Of a DNA stretch of 63,217 nt, positions 19,568 to 30,532 are shown piece after piece (the first letter of the stretch is position 1; each line of letters starts with the position of its first letter). The stretch spans positions 1 to 63,217 of the forward strand of contig CAZDWF010000003.1 of the NCBI GenBank assembly GCA_964508895.1, read 5' to 3'. This DNA comes from an uncultured Bacteroidales bacterium. GTDB taxonomy: Bacteria > Bacteroidota > Bacteroidia > Bacteroidales > B18-G4. The notes beneath the pieces are model-generated. The model saw nothing but the letters and a program-made list of their open reading frames with translations, searched no databases and was not told the origin of the DNA. Made by a program: the position numbers and the translations under genes.

Positions 19568-20683
19568 TTGAAAAGAATTGTACTTTCTGTAACTAATGAT
19601 CTTACCACAGACCAAAGACTACACAGAGTTTGCACTACTTTAAACTCACTAGGATTTGATGTATTGCTTATTGGCAGAAAGAAAAGAGACAGCTTACCCC
19701 TGGATGATCGAACATACAGGATGAAGCGAATGAGGCTTTTGTTTGAAAAAGGCCCATTTTTCTATGCAGAATATATCTTAAGATTATTTTTTCTTTTATT
19801 AATAACAAAGACAGACCTTTTAGTATCAAACGACCTCGATACTCTGCTGTCGAATTTCCTGTTATCAAGGATTAAAAGGAAAGTCCTTTTTTACGACACT
19901 CATGAATACTACACCGAAACACCTGAATTGGTTAACAGAAGAAGAGTTAAAAAAATATGGGAAAGTATTGAGAGGAATATATTTCCTAAACTAAAACATG
20001 TTTACACGGTAAATGACTCTATTGCTGGTCTTTATCGAAAAAAATACGGTGTAGAAATAGAGGTTATCCGCAACTTTCCATTAAAAAAGAATTATGAGAT
20101 CAATAAAACAAGGAAAGAGCTCCGACTACCTGAAAACAAAAAGATAATATTACTACAGGGTGCAGGAATCAATATTCAAAGAGGAGCTGAAGAAATGGTA
20201 GAAGCAATGCAATATATTGATAATGCTGTTTTTGTGATCCTGGGAGGTGGTGATGTACTGGGAATGTTAAAAATAAAGGTAAACCAGCTTCAGCTTCAGG
20301 AAAAAGTGATGTTCATTCCAAAGCAGCCATTAGACAAAGTTTTTCAGTACACAGTTCATGCTGACCTGGGAATTACCCTTGATAAAGACACTAACCTAAA
20401 CTACAGATTCAGTCTTCCAAATAAGATCTTCGATTATATTCAGGCCAGGGTTCCTGTTTTGGCATCTCCACTGATTGAGATCCGGAAAGTAATTGAAAAA
20501 TATGATATTGGAACTATGATTGATGATCATAAACCTGAACATATTGCAAAAAAGGTATCTGATATATTTGATGATGCTAAAACACTGAGTGTTTGGAAAG
20601 AAAACCTTACATTTGCGTCCGAAGAACTATGCTGGGAGAAAGAAGAACAAAAATTAATCAAAATCTATAAGCCATTTGCCTGA
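19568..20683 (+). CDS. Glycosyltransferase (GT-B fold, family 1/4-like)
   Basis: C-terminal sugar-nucleotide binding region (FSLPNKIFDYIQARVPVLAS); TTG start. Confidence 0.6.
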   Translation: MKRIVLSVTNDLTTDQRLHRVCTTLNSLGFDVLLIGRKKRDSLPLDDRTYRMKRMRLLFEKGPFFYAEYILRLFFLLLITKTDLLVSNDLDTLLSNFLLSRIKRKVLFYDTHEYYTETPELVNRRRVKKIWESIERNIFPKLKHVYTVNDSIAGLYRKKYGVEIEVIRNFPLKKNYEINKTRKELRLPENKKIILLQGAGINIQRGAEEMVEAMQYIDNAVFVILGGGDVLGMLKIKVNQLQLQEKVMFIPKQPLDKVFQYTVHADLGITLDKDTNLNYRFSLPNKIFDYIQARVPVLASPLIEIRKVIEKYDIGTMIDDHKPEHIAKKVSDIFDDAKTLSVWKENLTFASEELCWEKEEQKLIKIYKPFA

Positions 20684-21803
20684 TCGACATCTGCATATCA
20701 TTTCCTTTGATGTCCCCTACCCACCAAATTATGGCGGAGTAATCGATGTTTACTATAAACTCAAAGCACTTCATGAGAAAGGGATTAAAATACACTTACA
20801 TTGTATTGAATATCCTGGAAGGGATAGATCCAGCGAATTAAATAAATTCTGTGAAGAGGTTAAATATTATCCCAGGAGAATGGGAATAAAATCAGCTCTA
20901 AGTGTTAAACCTTATATCGTTTCCAGCCGACGGTCGGAGAAGATGATCAGGAACTTACTAAATGATGATTTTCCTATTCTTTTTGAAGGATTGCACTCAT
21001 GTTTTTACATAAATGATCACAGGATCAGAAGTAGAAAAAAAATATACAGAGAAAGTAATATTGAACATAAATACTATTTCAATCTCTTTAAAGCTGATAA
21101 AAAGTTTAAGAACAAGCTGTATTTTCTTTTTGCAAGTTTCAAATTAAGACTTTATCAAAAAGTTTTAAAGTATGCTGATCTAATGCTTGTTGTATCTCAA
21201 AAAGACACCATTTATCTTAAGCGGCAATTTAGGAACAATAAGGTTTTTTATCTTCCAAGTTTTCACCTTAACAATAAGGTAACTGCTATTACAGGAAAAG
21301 GTGATTATGTTCTGTATCATGGGAATATTGAGGTTCCTGAAAATACAAGAGCGGCAGAATATCTTATCAATGAGGTTTTTTCAGGAATGGATTCAAAACT
21401 TATTATTGCAGGAATGAATCCGCCTAAGGAGATAATAAAGTTGTGTAAGAAGCATGAAAATATCGAGGTCATCTCCAATCCGGATGATGAAAAAATGTTT
21501 GAATTGATTAAGAATGCCCATATAAACATTCTTGTTACATTCCAGGCTACAGGATTAAAACTTAAACTCCTGAACACTTTATATAATGGCCGTTTCTGTC
21601 TTGTAAATGATAAAATGCTGAACGGCACCCGATTAGATGACTTATGTGTTATCGGGAATAATCCAGCTGAATTAAAACAAAAAATAAAAGAATTATTTAA
21701 GGAAGAATTTGATAAGGAAGAGATCAAGATAAGAGAAGAAACATTAAAGAAACTTTATTCCAACGAGACGAATGCATCTCAATTAATAGACCTGATCTAC
21801 TAA
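20676..21803 (+). CDS. Glycosyltransferase (GT-B fold, family 1/4-like)
   Basis: N-terminal HIISFDVPYPPNYGG motif; TTG start overlapping the upstream stop by 8 nt. Confidence 0.55.
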   Translation: MPDRHLHIISFDVPYPPNYGGVIDVYYKLKALHEKGIKIHLHCIEYPGRDRSSELNKFCEEVKYYPRRMGIKSALSVKPYIVSSRRSEKMIRNLLNDDFPILFEGLHSCFYINDHRIRSRKKIYRESNIEHKYYFNLFKADKKFKNKLYFLFASFKLRLYQKVLKYADLMLVVSQKDTIYLKRQFRNNKVFYLPSFHLNNKVTAITGKGDYVLYHGNIEVPENTRAAEYLINEVFSGMDSKLIIAGMNPPKEIIKLCKKHENIEVISNPDDEKMFELIKNAHINILVTFQATGLKLKLLNTLYNGRFCLVNDKMLNGTRLDDLCVIGNNPAELKQKIKELFKEEFDKEEIKIREETLKKLYSNETNASQLIDLIY

Positions 21804-22487
21804 TTCAATCAGATTTCCATTCTCACATTTTAAAGTCCGAGCTTTAAAGTCCTGGAACAGCGAATAATCGTGTGTAGCCATAACAACTGCTCTGCCTGAT
21901 GATCTGATCTCAAACAGAAGGTTCATAATTCCAACAGATGTTTCAGGATCGAGATTACCGGTTGGCTCATCAGCCAGGATAATATCAGGATCATTTATCA
22001 ATGCCCGGCCAATAGCAATCCTTTGCTGTTCACCCTGAGAAAGTTGGTGAGGCATCTTATGATCTTTTGTGTCAAGCCCTACTCTTTTTAAAACACCCTG
22101 CAATCTTTCATTCATAATCACTTTGTCTTTCCATCCTGTAGCTTTCATAATAAACAGCAGGTTATCCCTGACACTTCTATCTGTGAGCAATTGAAAATCC
22201 TGAAATACTATTCCCAATTTTCTTCTTAGCATAGGAATCTCCTTATCTTTTATCTTCTTCAGGTCATATCCTGCAACAATTGCTGAACCTGCTGTCACCG
22301 GCAACTCAGCATAAATAGTTTTTAGTAAGCTACTTTTACCTGTACCTGTACGACCAATAATATAAACGAAATCGTCTTTAGAAATCTCAAATGAAGCATT
22401 GTTTAAAACCAGGTTACTCTTTTGAAAAACAGGGACATTTTTAAACTCTATAATAGTGTCGAGCGACATAAGATCACAATTATTCAT
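21783..22487 (-). CDS. ftsE: Cell-division ABC ATPase FtsE-like
   Basis: Walker A GRTGTGKSS, signature LSQGEQQR, Walker B IILADEPTGNLD. The 3' end overlaps the convergent glycosyltransferase gene by 21 nt. Confidence 0.65.
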   Translation of the reverse strand: MNNCDLMSLDTIIEFKNVPVFQKSNLVLNNASFEISKDDFVYIIGRTGTGKSSLLKTIYAELPVTAGSAIVAGYDLKKIKDKEIPMLRRKLGIVFQDFQLLTDRSVRDNLLFIMKATGWKDKVIMNERLQGVLKRVGLDTKDHKMPHQLSQGEQQRIAIGRALINDPDIILADEPTGNLDPETSVGIMNLLFEIRSSGRAVVMATHDYSLFQDFKARTLKCENGNLIELVDQVY

Positions 22488-22543
22488 TAATATTATAACA
22501 AATATAAAGAGTATTCTTTAGAATGGGAATAGAATTGGGAAAT

Positions 22544-22578
22544 AAGTCGCAAGGGGCAAGGAGCAAAATGCAAGAGAT
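22544..22578. repeat. Heptanucleotide tandem array, 5 units (AAGTCGC AAGGGGC AAGGAGC AAAATGC AAGAGAT)
   Basis: Read directly; lies between the ftsE start and the rnfA stop. Confidence 0.7.
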
Positions 22579-22670
22579 ACAGGGTGGAAATTTAATATCT
22601 GAAATCAGTTCGATCTCGTTAAAAACGAGACGAAAACCGACAAACGACAGTCGTCCAATTCTATTAAATA

Positions 22671-23243
22671 TTATACCAAGCCAGTGAAACCCATAAAAGC
22701 TAATGCTAAAATTCCCGCAGCGACAAGAGCGATTGGAACTCCTCTCATGCCTTTTGGAACCTCCATAAGATCGAGATGTTCTCGCAATCCAGCGAAGAGA
22801 ATCATTGCCAGCCCGAATCCAATTGCATTGGCAATAGCAAATACAACACCTTCCAGAAGATTATATTCTTTCCCAATGGCAAGAAGGGCAACACCCATAA
22901 CAGCACAGTTGGTTGTGATCAATGGAAGAAATATTCCAAGTGCCTGGTAAAGCGGAGGGCTGATCTTTTTAAGGATGATTTCCACCATTTGTACCAGGGA
23001 TGCAATCACCAGAATAAAACTGATGGTTTGCAGGAATGTAATGTTCAAGGGTGCAAGAACATAATTATAAATCAACCAGGTAACGATAGTAGCTATTGTC
23101 ATTACAAACAATACAGCTCCACTCATACCCATTGCGGTATCTACCTTGTTTGAGACTCCAAGGAAAGGACATATTCCAAGAAATTGTGCAAGAACAATGT
23201 TGGAAACGAATATGGCCGATATGATAATTAAGAAATATTCCAT
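22671..23243 (-). CDS. rnfA: Rnf electron-transport complex subunit A
   Basis: 190-aa six-TM protein with N-terminal [17 protein letters not shown] motif. Confidence 0.9.
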   Translation of the reverse strand: MEYFLIIISAIFVSNIVLAQFLGICPFLGVSNKVDTAMGMSGAVLFVMTIATIVTWLIYNYVLAPLNITFLQTISFILVIASLVQMVEIILKKISPPLYQALGIFLPLITTNCAVMGVALLAIGKEYNLLEGVVFAIANAIGFGLAMILFAGLREHLDLMEVPKGMRGVPIALVAAGILALAFMGFTGLV

Positions 23244-23254
23244 GAGCTATATCT

Positions 23255-23839
23255 TTATGCTGTTTTTTTAATTCTGTTGAAAAATGCGATCAGGTAACCA
23301 AGAACGATGAAAGCACCTGGTTGCAGGATGAAGAGTAATATGGTATCACCTTCAACAAAGCTATATCCGAATATAGATCCATTACCCAGCATTTCTCTGA
23401 TTGCACCAAGCAATGTTAAAGCGAAAGTAAAGCCAAATCCCATTCCTAAACCATCAACCAATGATGAAGTAAAGTTTTGTTTTGAAGCAAATCCTTCTGC
23501 TCTACCAAGTACGAGGCAGTTCACAACAATCAAAGGGATAAAAATTCCGAGTGCTTTGAATAATGAAGGAGCATATGCCTGCATAAGCAACTCAACGATG
23601 GTTACAAAAGAAGCAATAATCACAATGAATGATGGGATCCTGACTTTATCAGGAATATAGTTTTTAACCATTGAAACAACTATATTTGAGCATATCAGCA
23701 CAAATGTTGTAGCTATACCCATTCCAAAGCCATTAAATGCCGATGAAGTCACTGCTAATGTAGGACAAAGCCCTAGCAGCAGAGTGAATACCGGGTTTTC
23801 CTTTATAAAACCCTTTGTAAAGTTTTGCCACTGATTCAT
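23255..23839 (-). CDS. rnfE: Rnf electron-transport complex subunit E
   Basis: NPVFTLLLGLCPTLAVTSSA motif. Confidence 0.9.
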   Translation of the reverse strand: MNQWQNFTKGFIKENPVFTLLLGLCPTLAVTSSAFNGFGMGIATTFVLICSNIVVSMVKNYIPDKVRIPSFIVIIASFVTIVELLMQAYAPSLFKALGIFIPLIVVNCLVLGRAEGFASKQNFTSSLVDGLGMGFGFTFALTLLGAIREMLGNGSIFGYSFVEGDTILLFILQPGAFIVLGYLIAFFNRIKKTA

Positions 23840-24414
23840 TTCTGATCCTCCATATATTTTTCGTAAGTGGAATATGCCAGGCGAACAGCATCACAAAAAG
23901 CTCTTGAGCTTATGGTTGCTGCTGTAATTGCATCAACATCTCCCCCATCCTTTTTAACTTTAAGAATAAATATTTTGGGATTCGTATTCATGAACTGATC
24001 CCTGAAGGAAGGCAATTCAATCTTTGTTCCCAGTCCGGGTGTCTCCTTTTGCTGGATTACCTGAGTATTGTTAATATTTCCATCAGGACCAATTCCGACC
24101 ATTATTTTTATTATTGTTGGATCGTAACCATTTTTTGTATAGGATAATATTGCAGTTCCTATAATTTCACCATCTTTGATACCCTGGTTAAATACAAGAG
24201 AATCAAATTCACCTTCCGGTTTTACCTTGAATATTTTTAATTCATCAAAAGCTGGTATCACTTCTTTGATAGCCGCTTCCCTTGCCAATTTCTCAGCCAG
24301 TGCAATAGGTTCCTTAGTTAAATTGTAAATCCCCCCTAATGCAAATGCAGCCACAAGGGTTACAATGAATAAGGTCAACACCATGTTTCTAAATGAAGAT
24401 TCAACTTTTGCCAT
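23836..24414 (-). CDS. rnfG: Rnf electron-transport complex subunit G
   Basis: N-terminal TM helix, FMN-binding domain, flavinylation-site-like AITAATISS. Confidence 0.85.
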   Translation of the reverse strand: MAKVESSFRNMVLTLFIVTLVAAFALGGIYNLTKEPIALAEKLAREAAIKEVIPAFDELKIFKVKPEGEFDSLVFNQGIKDGEIIGTAILSYTKNGYDPTIIKIMVGIGPDGNINNTQVIQQKETPGLGTKIELPSFRDQFMNTNPKIFILKVKKDGGDVDAITAATISSRAFCDAVRLAYSTYEKYMEDQK

Positions 24415-24443
24415 ATCTTTTAGCCTGTTTTATTGTTGAATAA

Positions 24444-25454
24444 TTAAGCTGTTGCTACTTCTTCCCCAAATCGCTTTGGTTTAATATATCTGTTAATAAG
24501 AGGTGTAAAAGCATTCATAATTAATATTGCAAATGCTACTCCTTCAGGATATCCTCCCCAGACTCTGATCAATACTGTTAAAACACCACTACCAATACCG
24601 AAGATCAACATTCCTTTATATGTTACAGGAGAAGTAACCATATCTGTTGCCATAAAGAACGCACCCAGCATCAAACCACCTGTTAATAGGTGAAACCAGG
24701 GAGTTGCATATATCATTGGGTCGATTAGGTATAGAATTCCTGTAAAAATAAATACTGTAAACAAGTATGAAAATGGAATATGCCAGCTAATGATCTTCCT
24801 GAACATCATATAGAGTCCACCGATAATCAAAGCAACAGCCGATATCTCACCTGCACATCCAGCCATATTACCAACAAATTCATTCATATATGTTGGGATC
24901 TCAGGCATCAACTCAGGAATTGTCTTGCCCATTTTTAGTCCTTCCTTCAGAAAACCCAAAGGGGTTGGGCCAGTAAGAGCATCTGTAACTGCTTCTGCGC
25001 CAAAAAGTGGTTTTGGTATTGGCCATACTGATCCAGCCATCTTTGCAGGAAAGGATATTAAAAGGAAGATCCTTCCAACGAGTGCTGGATTGAATGGATT
25101 TTTACCCAGTCCGCCAAACGACATTTTAGCAATTGCTACAGTTACAAAAGCACCGATGATCAGCATCCACAATGGATAATTTGCCGGCACATTAAAGGCA
25201 AGCAATATACCAGCCACCAAGGCTGAACCATCATTTATGGTATTCGGTCCTTTAATAAGGAATTTCTGGATTACCCATTCAAAAAAGAGACATGATACAG
25301 ATGAAACCAGCAATACCCATAAGGCATCCAATCCGAAGAAATAAATGGATACCAGTATTGCAGGGATCATTGCGATCACAACGCCATACATGATCTTTTT
25401 TACTGAATCGTCTCCATGTATGTGAGGAGAACCCGATACTGTTAACATATTCAT
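24444..25454 (-). CDS. rnfD: Rnf electron-transport complex subunit D
   Basis: SGSPHIH N-terminal motif; polytopic NqrB/RnfD-type protein. Confidence 0.9.
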   Translation of the reverse strand: MNMLTVSGSPHIHGDDSVKKIMYGVVIAMIPAILVSIYFFGLDALWVLLVSSVSCLFFEWVIQKFLIKGPNTINDGSALVAGILLAFNVPANYPLWMLIIGAFVTVAIAKMSFGGLGKNPFNPALVGRIFLLISFPAKMAGSVWPIPKPLFGAEAVTDALTGPTPLGFLKEGLKMGKTIPELMPEIPTYMNEFVGNMAGCAGEISAVALIIGGLYMMFRKIISWHIPFSYLFTVFIFTGILYLIDPMIYATPWFHLLTGGLMLGAFFMATDMVTSPVTYKGMLIFGIGSGVLTVLIRVWGGYPEGVAFAILIMNAFTPLINRYIKPKRFGEEVATA

Positions 25455-25457
25455 ATC

Positions 25458-26798
25458 TTAATTTTTTCCTCTGTTTCTAATAATTTGACCAACTTTACTT
25501 TTGCCCAACCTGATATAGTCAAGTAATGGTCTTCCTGAAGGACAAGTATAATGGCATGAACCGCATTCTATACAATCCATGATCTTTTCTTTTTCTGCAT
25601 CTTCCCACATCTCCTGCTTGGCATATTGCGCCAGGAGAATTGGTTCAAGTCCCATAGGACAAACAGTTACGCATCTTCCACATCTTATACAAGACTGAAC
25701 ATCAGTTCTTGCAGATTCATTCTTACGCATGATAAGAATACCAGATGTACCTTTTACAACAGGAGTTTCAAGAGATAAAAGTGCCTTACCCATCATAGGT
25801 CCGCCGCTGATGATCTTTCCGGTATCCACTGGAAGTCCACCTGCCTTTTCAATTAGCTGATTGACCGGAGTTCCTAACCGAACCAGGAAGTTAGATGGAT
25901 TTTTAACTGATTTTCCTGTAACAGTAACTATTCTTTCCAGAAGAGGTTTATTTTTTTGAACTGCTTCGTAAACAGCAAATGCAGTACCTACATTATTTAC
26001 AACCGCACCTACCTCGATAGGAAGTTTTCCTGAAGGAACTTCACGCTTGATAACCGCATTAATCAACTGCTTCTCACCCCCCTGCGGGTATTTTACTTTT
26101 AAAGGAGTTATTTCAATACCCTCATAACTGGCAGCTATTTCTTTCAAATGCTTAATGGCATCTGGCTTATTGTTTTCAATACCAATAAAAGCTTTACGAA
26201 CACCAAGTCCCATCATTAAGATCTTCGTTCCAATGATGATCTCTTCACCTTTGCTCATCATAAGCTGATGGTCAGAGGTAAGGTAAGGCTCACATTCAAC
26301 ACCATTGATAAGAAGCACTTCAGCTTTTTTCCCTTTAGGAACCATGAGTTTAACATGTGATGGGAAAGTTGCTCCACCGAGTCCGACTATACCCATCTCC
26401 TTGATTTTTTCAATGATCTCTTTCTGAGTAAGATTAATCTCTTTCCTGATCTCATCTGACCTGATAATATCAGACTCCCATTCATCTCCCTCAACATTCA
26501 CAATCATACACGGGCGTTTATATCCTGAAGTATCCATGATGTTATCAAATTTCAGAACCTTTCCTGAAACTGATGAATGAATATTAGAGGAAATAAAAGC
26601 TTCTCCTTTAGCTATCATCTGACCAACTTTTAAAGTATCACCCTTAGCCACTAATGGATTAGCAGGTGCACCCAGGTTTTGATTCAATGGGATGACAGCT
26701 TGTTCAGGTAATTCCATGACTTCAATAGCTCTACCAGCAGATATCTTATTTTCTGCCGGGTGAACTCCTCCTAACTTAAAAGTCTTTAAAACACTCAT
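25458..26798 (-). CDS. rnfC: Rnf electron-transport complex subunit C
   Basis: Two 4Fe-4S motifs (CIRCGRCVTVCP, CIECGSCHYTCP) and an NADH/FMN-binding-like core (GLGGATFP). Confidence 0.9.
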   Translation of the reverse strand: MSVLKTFKLGGVHPAENKISAGRAIEVMELPEQAVIPLNQNLGAPANPLVAKGDTLKVGQMIAKGEAFISSNIHSSVSGKVLKFDNIMDTSGYKRPCMIVNVEGDEWESDIIRSDEIRKEINLTQKEIIEKIKEMGIVGLGGATFPSHVKLMVPKGKKAEVLLINGVECEPYLTSDHQLMMSKGEEIIIGTKILMMGLGVRKAFIGIENNKPDAIKHLKEIAASYEGIEITPLKVKYPQGGEKQLINAVIKREVPSGKLPIEVGAVVNNVGTAFAVYEAVQKNKPLLERIVTVTGKSVKNPSNFLVRLGTPVNQLIEKAGGLPVDTGKIISGGPMMGKALLSLETPVVKGTSGILIMRKNESARTDVQSCIRCGRCVTVCPMGLEPILLAQYAKQEMWEDAEKEKIMDCIECGSCHYTCPSGRPLLDYIRLGKSKVGQIIRNRGKN

Positions 26799-26833
26799 CC
26801 TGTATATATTGGATTAATATATTACTTAATTTA

Positions 26834-27742
26834 TTATGCTTGTTGAGCTTCGTTACCACCATCTTTTTCAACCTTTTCAACTTCTTTTTTTTCTTCCGGA
26901 GCTGGTTTTGGTTTTCGCGGGGGGAAGTTTAATTCGTGAATTGCAGCTGTTGGACAAACCTCCACACATTTCCTGCAAAGCTTGCATTTCTCAGCATCTA
27001 TATATGCAAGATTATTTTCTATAGTGATGGCATCAAATTTACATACCTTAAAACATTTACCACAGCCGATACAAGCAACGGCACAATTCTTTTTTGCAGG
27101 GCCACCTTTTTCAGTATTTACACAACTTACAAATATTCTGCGTTCTTTCTTTCCTACCGGACGAAGTTCTATAATATCTCTTGGACAAGCTTTAACACAA
27201 GCACCGCAGGCAACACATTTTTCATTAACAACTGGCAAGCCAGTCTCTTCGGACATCTCGATTGCATCAAACTGACAAGCAGCAACACAGTCGCCTAATC
27301 CGAGACAGCCATTCGGGCAACCACTTTCTCCACTAGAAAGGCTATGAGCAAAAGCACATGTTGCCGGTCCATCATATTTAATCTTTGCAGGTGCATTTAC
27401 TCTTGATCCACTACAACGAATTACAGCGATTAATGGATCGCTTTCTTCAACAGCAAGCCCAACAACATCTGCAACCAGTTTCATTACATCAGCTCCGCCT
27501 ACAGGACAGTTGAGCCCTTCAATACTTCCGCTGGCTGAAGATTTCACAATTGCTTCTGCAAAGTTTCTACATCCCGGATAACCACAACCACCACAGTTTG
27601 CAGCAGGCAATTCCTCTTCAACCTCATCTATCTTCGGGTCTTCAATAACCTTGAATTTTTGCGCAACACCAAAAAGCACCACGGCAGCAACAATTCCTAT
27701 GGCACTTAATGAGATAACTGAGAAAATCAATACTTCATTCAC
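26834..27742 (-). CDS. rnfB: Rnf electron-transport complex subunit B
   Basis: N-terminal TM helix, CGGCGYPGC motif and multiple ferredoxin-type Cys clusters. Confidence 0.9.
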   Translation of the reverse strand: MNEVLIFSVISLSAIGIVAAVVLFGVAQKFKVIEDPKIDEVEEELPAANCGGCGYPGCRNFAEAIVKSSASGSIEGLNCPVGGADVMKLVADVVGLAVEESDPLIAVIRCSGSRVNAPAKIKYDGPATCAFAHSLSSGESGCPNGCLGLGDCVAACQFDAIEMSEETGLPVVNEKCVACGACVKACPRDIIELRPVGKKERRIFVSCVNTEKGGPAKKNCAVACIGCGKCFKVCKFDAITIENNLAYIDAEKCKLCRKCVEVCPTAAIHELNFPPRKPKPAPEEKKEVEKVEKDGGNEAQQA

Positions 27743-27860
27743 GATTTATCCTTTTTAAGGTTTATATAAGGAAACATCATTGTTTTCCGCTTAACAAGTG
27801 GCAAAATTAAAATAATTTGCTTCTAAATTATATAGCTGACAATAATTTAGAAAGTTTTTA

Positions 27861-27937
27861 TTTAGCGTTTTGCTTTTAGCCTTTAGCTTTTTGTCTGAGA
27901 ACACCTAGTCACCAGTACCCAGTACCTAGAACCTATT
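27861..27937. repeat. Composite heptanucleotide array, 11 units: TTTAGCY-type x5, one transition unit, ACCYAGT-type x5, all in one register
   Basis: Read directly. The last units contain the stop codon (27933-27935) of the 805-aa minus-strand gene. Confidence 0.8.
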
Positions 27938-30350
27938 TTATGATTACCGGTAAGGTTTTCACAAACTCTTCATTCTGAACTCGCAGGTAGTATGTTCCTT
28001 TATTCAGCAAATGCAGATCGAATGATTTTATAAATCCTTCAGTAATACCTTCAATTGTTTGGGAGAAAAGCAAGCGTCCGCCTATGCTAAGCACAGATAT
28101 TTCTGTTGCAGATTTAATCTCTTCATTTATTTCCAGATAAAAAACACCATTGTTTGGATTTGGATATACAGAAACATCAAATTTCGCATCTGATCTCTCA
28201 TCAATCCCAAAGCATGGATCAAAAGTTAGCATCATTGAACTTGATGCTGTATCTTCACAATGAAGACTAATTGCTTTTATAAAAAGTTCCACTGATCCCA
28301 CAGCAGTATCAGAAATTCCCGGAGTATAAACAGGATTAACAGATGATGCATCATCAAAAGTACCATCACCAGCAGTAATCCACTTTATTTTAGTATAATT
28401 ATCTGCCCATCCATGTAATTGGAGAGAATTATAATTACAGATCATAGTGTCATTACCGGCATGGACAACAGGTAGGGAATCAATAAATACAATTAGTGAA
28501 TCGCTGGCAATCTGTCCTTGAAGATAACCTTTTATAGTGCAATAAAGCTTTACAGATCCATTAATAACATCCTGAGGACCTCTTAAATAAGCAATATTTA
28601 AACTGCGGGGATTTTGAATTATACCATCACCTGATGTAGTCCACATAGCATCTTTATAAAACTCTGCATAAGGATCTCTATAAAATACAACTTCATTGCA
28701 AATAGTATCATTGGGGCCAATATTCAGGATTGGATCCGGTATTGGTCCAAAATCAAAAGAGAAAACCCTTGTTCTCCAACCACCTATTGAATACTCATTG
28801 GTATGCCAGAACGTTTTGTCATCAGATGGATCAACTGACAAGCAGGAATAATCACCCCAGCGGTGGTAGCTTCCTTGCGAACCTATTCCTGTTATTACTT
28901 CAATTTCATTATAATTCATTTCACCCAATGGAGCATCTTCTGACCGTCCTACATATCTGATAGAAGGATTGATAGTATCTGAAGAGATTGTAAATCCAAT
29001 TGCAATAGTTCCTTCTCCATTCATTGCGATACTTCCCATCCAGCGACTGTTATCATCAGGTGAATAAGTCCCTTGCTGGTATATACTCCAGCCATTACCA
29101 TCGAAATGATCCCTGAGTTCATACCAGCGGATCCCTGCCTTACCAAAGCCATCGGCATTTACAGTATGATTAACAACCATGGTGGAATAAGTATTCCAAT
29201 TCCTGTATTGCAAGCGAAACATGAGCCTGTCATTCAAGGCTTCAAGCATTGTACTGGTGTTTGGCTGCGGGATACATTGCCAACGCGGTGCATCACAAAG
29301 CTTGGCTTTAAAAGGAGCTGTTTCCAGGATAGCGACCTCAGCAAATGTCGAGTTATTTGGATAATCCCAGTCAGAAACAAATTCCCATATTTGAAGTTGA
29401 TCTGTTGAAAATCCCCATTCATCATCTTTGAAAAATGCAAAATAATTTGGAGTACCATCAGGAGGAGGCGGTCCGTCGAAATCAGAAGGCAGACAGTTCC
29501 AGACAACAGATCCTTCCGGCATATCAAAAAGTATCATCCTGGCATTTGGATCTCCAACTAACATTTTATCTCTTTCAAAAGAAGATATGGCAGCACGGTT
29601 ATAATCCTGGCTGAATATATTAAAACTGGCATAATAACCATCAGACCAGATACCCATTTTAGGATAATCATTAAATCCGGGAAACTGAAATGCATATTGA
29701 TAATATGCACCCAGGGGGTCACCTGTTTCAGAAACGGCAATCAATTGCCAGTAAGTTCCATTGGAAGTATTGATGGCAAACTGGCTGGCCATCCATCTGT
29801 CAGCTTCTTCATCATATAAAACTATTGGGTCACCATCATTGGTACCTGTCCAGGGACCGATAAAGCCATACCACAGAGTACTATTATCAACAGGACCGTA
29901 TAATTTATTGCCATCTTTATCCCAAATTGCAAAAGCCAGGTTGATCATCTGAAAATAATGATCAGGGCCAACATCTCCATCCGTATCAGGAGGATACACA
30001 CCACTAACATTACCTACACCATCGAAGTTCAACAATGGGCCACGATGAGATCTTTCACCATCATAATCCTGAAGAACAGGATCAACACCAATAGGTTGAG
30101 CATTTTCCACACTGCCATCACCTATAAAAGTATTGACTTCATTCCTGATTATTCCATCTTTCCAGCTTCTGTCTCTTTCACCGGGAAGTATAACCTTCAT
30201 ATCGCGAAGAGGAATTGTTTTACGAAAGTGTTTTGCTTTTTCTATCCTGGAAGGCTTATAAATTTCTTTCTGAGAAATTGATGGTAAGGCAAATAACAAA
30301 GTGCATGCAATCACCATTATGGAACGCAATAAGTTCATTTTAAGCTTCAT
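27933..30350 (-). CDS. Secreted T9SS cargo protein, paralog A (unknown conserved N-terminal domain)
   Basis: Signal peptide; about 500-aa conserved domain (GVYPPDTDGDVGPDHYFQMINLA ... SETGDPLG); three GPNDT/AGNDT ... W.T.GDG.F repeat modules; T9SS type A CTD (VSVYPNPNNGVFYLE). Confidence 0.75.
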   Translation of the reverse strand: MKLKMNLLRSIMVIACTLLFALPSISQKEIYKPSRIEKAKHFRKTIPLRDMKVILPGERDRSWKDGIIRNEVNTFIGDGSVENAQPIGVDPVLQDYDGERSHRGPLLNFDGVGNVSGVYPPDTDGDVGPDHYFQMINLAFAIWDKDGNKLYGPVDNSTLWYGFIGPWTGTNDGDPIVLYDEEADRWMASQFAINTSNGTYWQLIAVSETGDPLGAYYQYAFQFPGFNDYPKMGIWSDGYYASFNIFSQDYNRAAISSFERDKMLVGDPNARMILFDMPEGSVVWNCLPSDFDGPPPPDGTPNYFAFFKDDEWGFSTDQLQIWEFVSDWDYPNNSTFAEVAILETAPFKAKLCDAPRWQCIPQPNTSTMLEALNDRLMFRLQYRNWNTYSTMVVNHTVNADGFGKAGIRWYELRDHFDGNGWSIYQQGTYSPDDNSRWMGSIAMNGEGTIAIGFTISSDTINPSIRYVGRSEDAPLGEMNYNEIEVITGIGSQGSYHRWGDYSCLSVDPSDDKTFWHTNEYSIGGWRTRVFSFDFGPIPDPILNIGPNDTICNEVVFYRDPYAEFYKDAMWTTSGDGIIQNPRSLNIAYLRGPQDVINGSVKLYCTIKGYLQGQIASDSLIVFIDSLPVVHAGNDTMICNYNSLQLHGWADNYTKIKWITAGDGTFDDASSVNPVYTPGISDTAVGSVELFIKAISLHCEDTASSSMMLTFDPCFGIDERSDAKFDVSVYPNPNNGVFYLEINEEIKSATEISVLSIGGRLLFSQTIEGITEGFIKSFDLHLLNKGTYYLRVQNEEFVKTLPVIIK

Positions 30351-30495
30351 TTAGTTAGTTAAATATTATCGTGCTATTAAAGGGCTGGTAAAGATACAAA
30401 TAATTACCAGACAGCAGAATAAAAAGCTCTGACTGGCTTTATGTAACGTATAGGATTGATCACGTATTAAAATTGACTTTAAAAGAATAATTACA

Positions 30496-30503
30496 TAATT
30501 TTG
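30496..30503 (+). promoter_or_regulatory. Bacteroidota -7 promoter box TAATTTTG
   Basis: Matches TAnnTTTG, 30 nt before the ATG at 30533. Confidence 0.4.
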
Positions 30504-30532
30504 TATTTACAGATAGCTTTAAAATTCATAAG

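Noticed and set aside
21317-21727. 136-aa antisense ORF inside the second glycosyltransferase gene; likewise 58038-58481 inside pepD and 6932-7300 inside the TonB receptor gene.
   Set aside because: They are embedded in stronger ORFs on the opposite strand and have no family resemblance.
22684-27298. Several 60-125-aa ORFs antisense to rnfA, rnfE, rnfD and rnfB (for example 22776-23153, 23307-23660, 26936-27298).
   Set aside because: They lie entirely within well-supported rnf coding regions, have low-complexity or Cys/Ser/Pro-biased translations typical of antisense frames, and carry no recognisable motifs.
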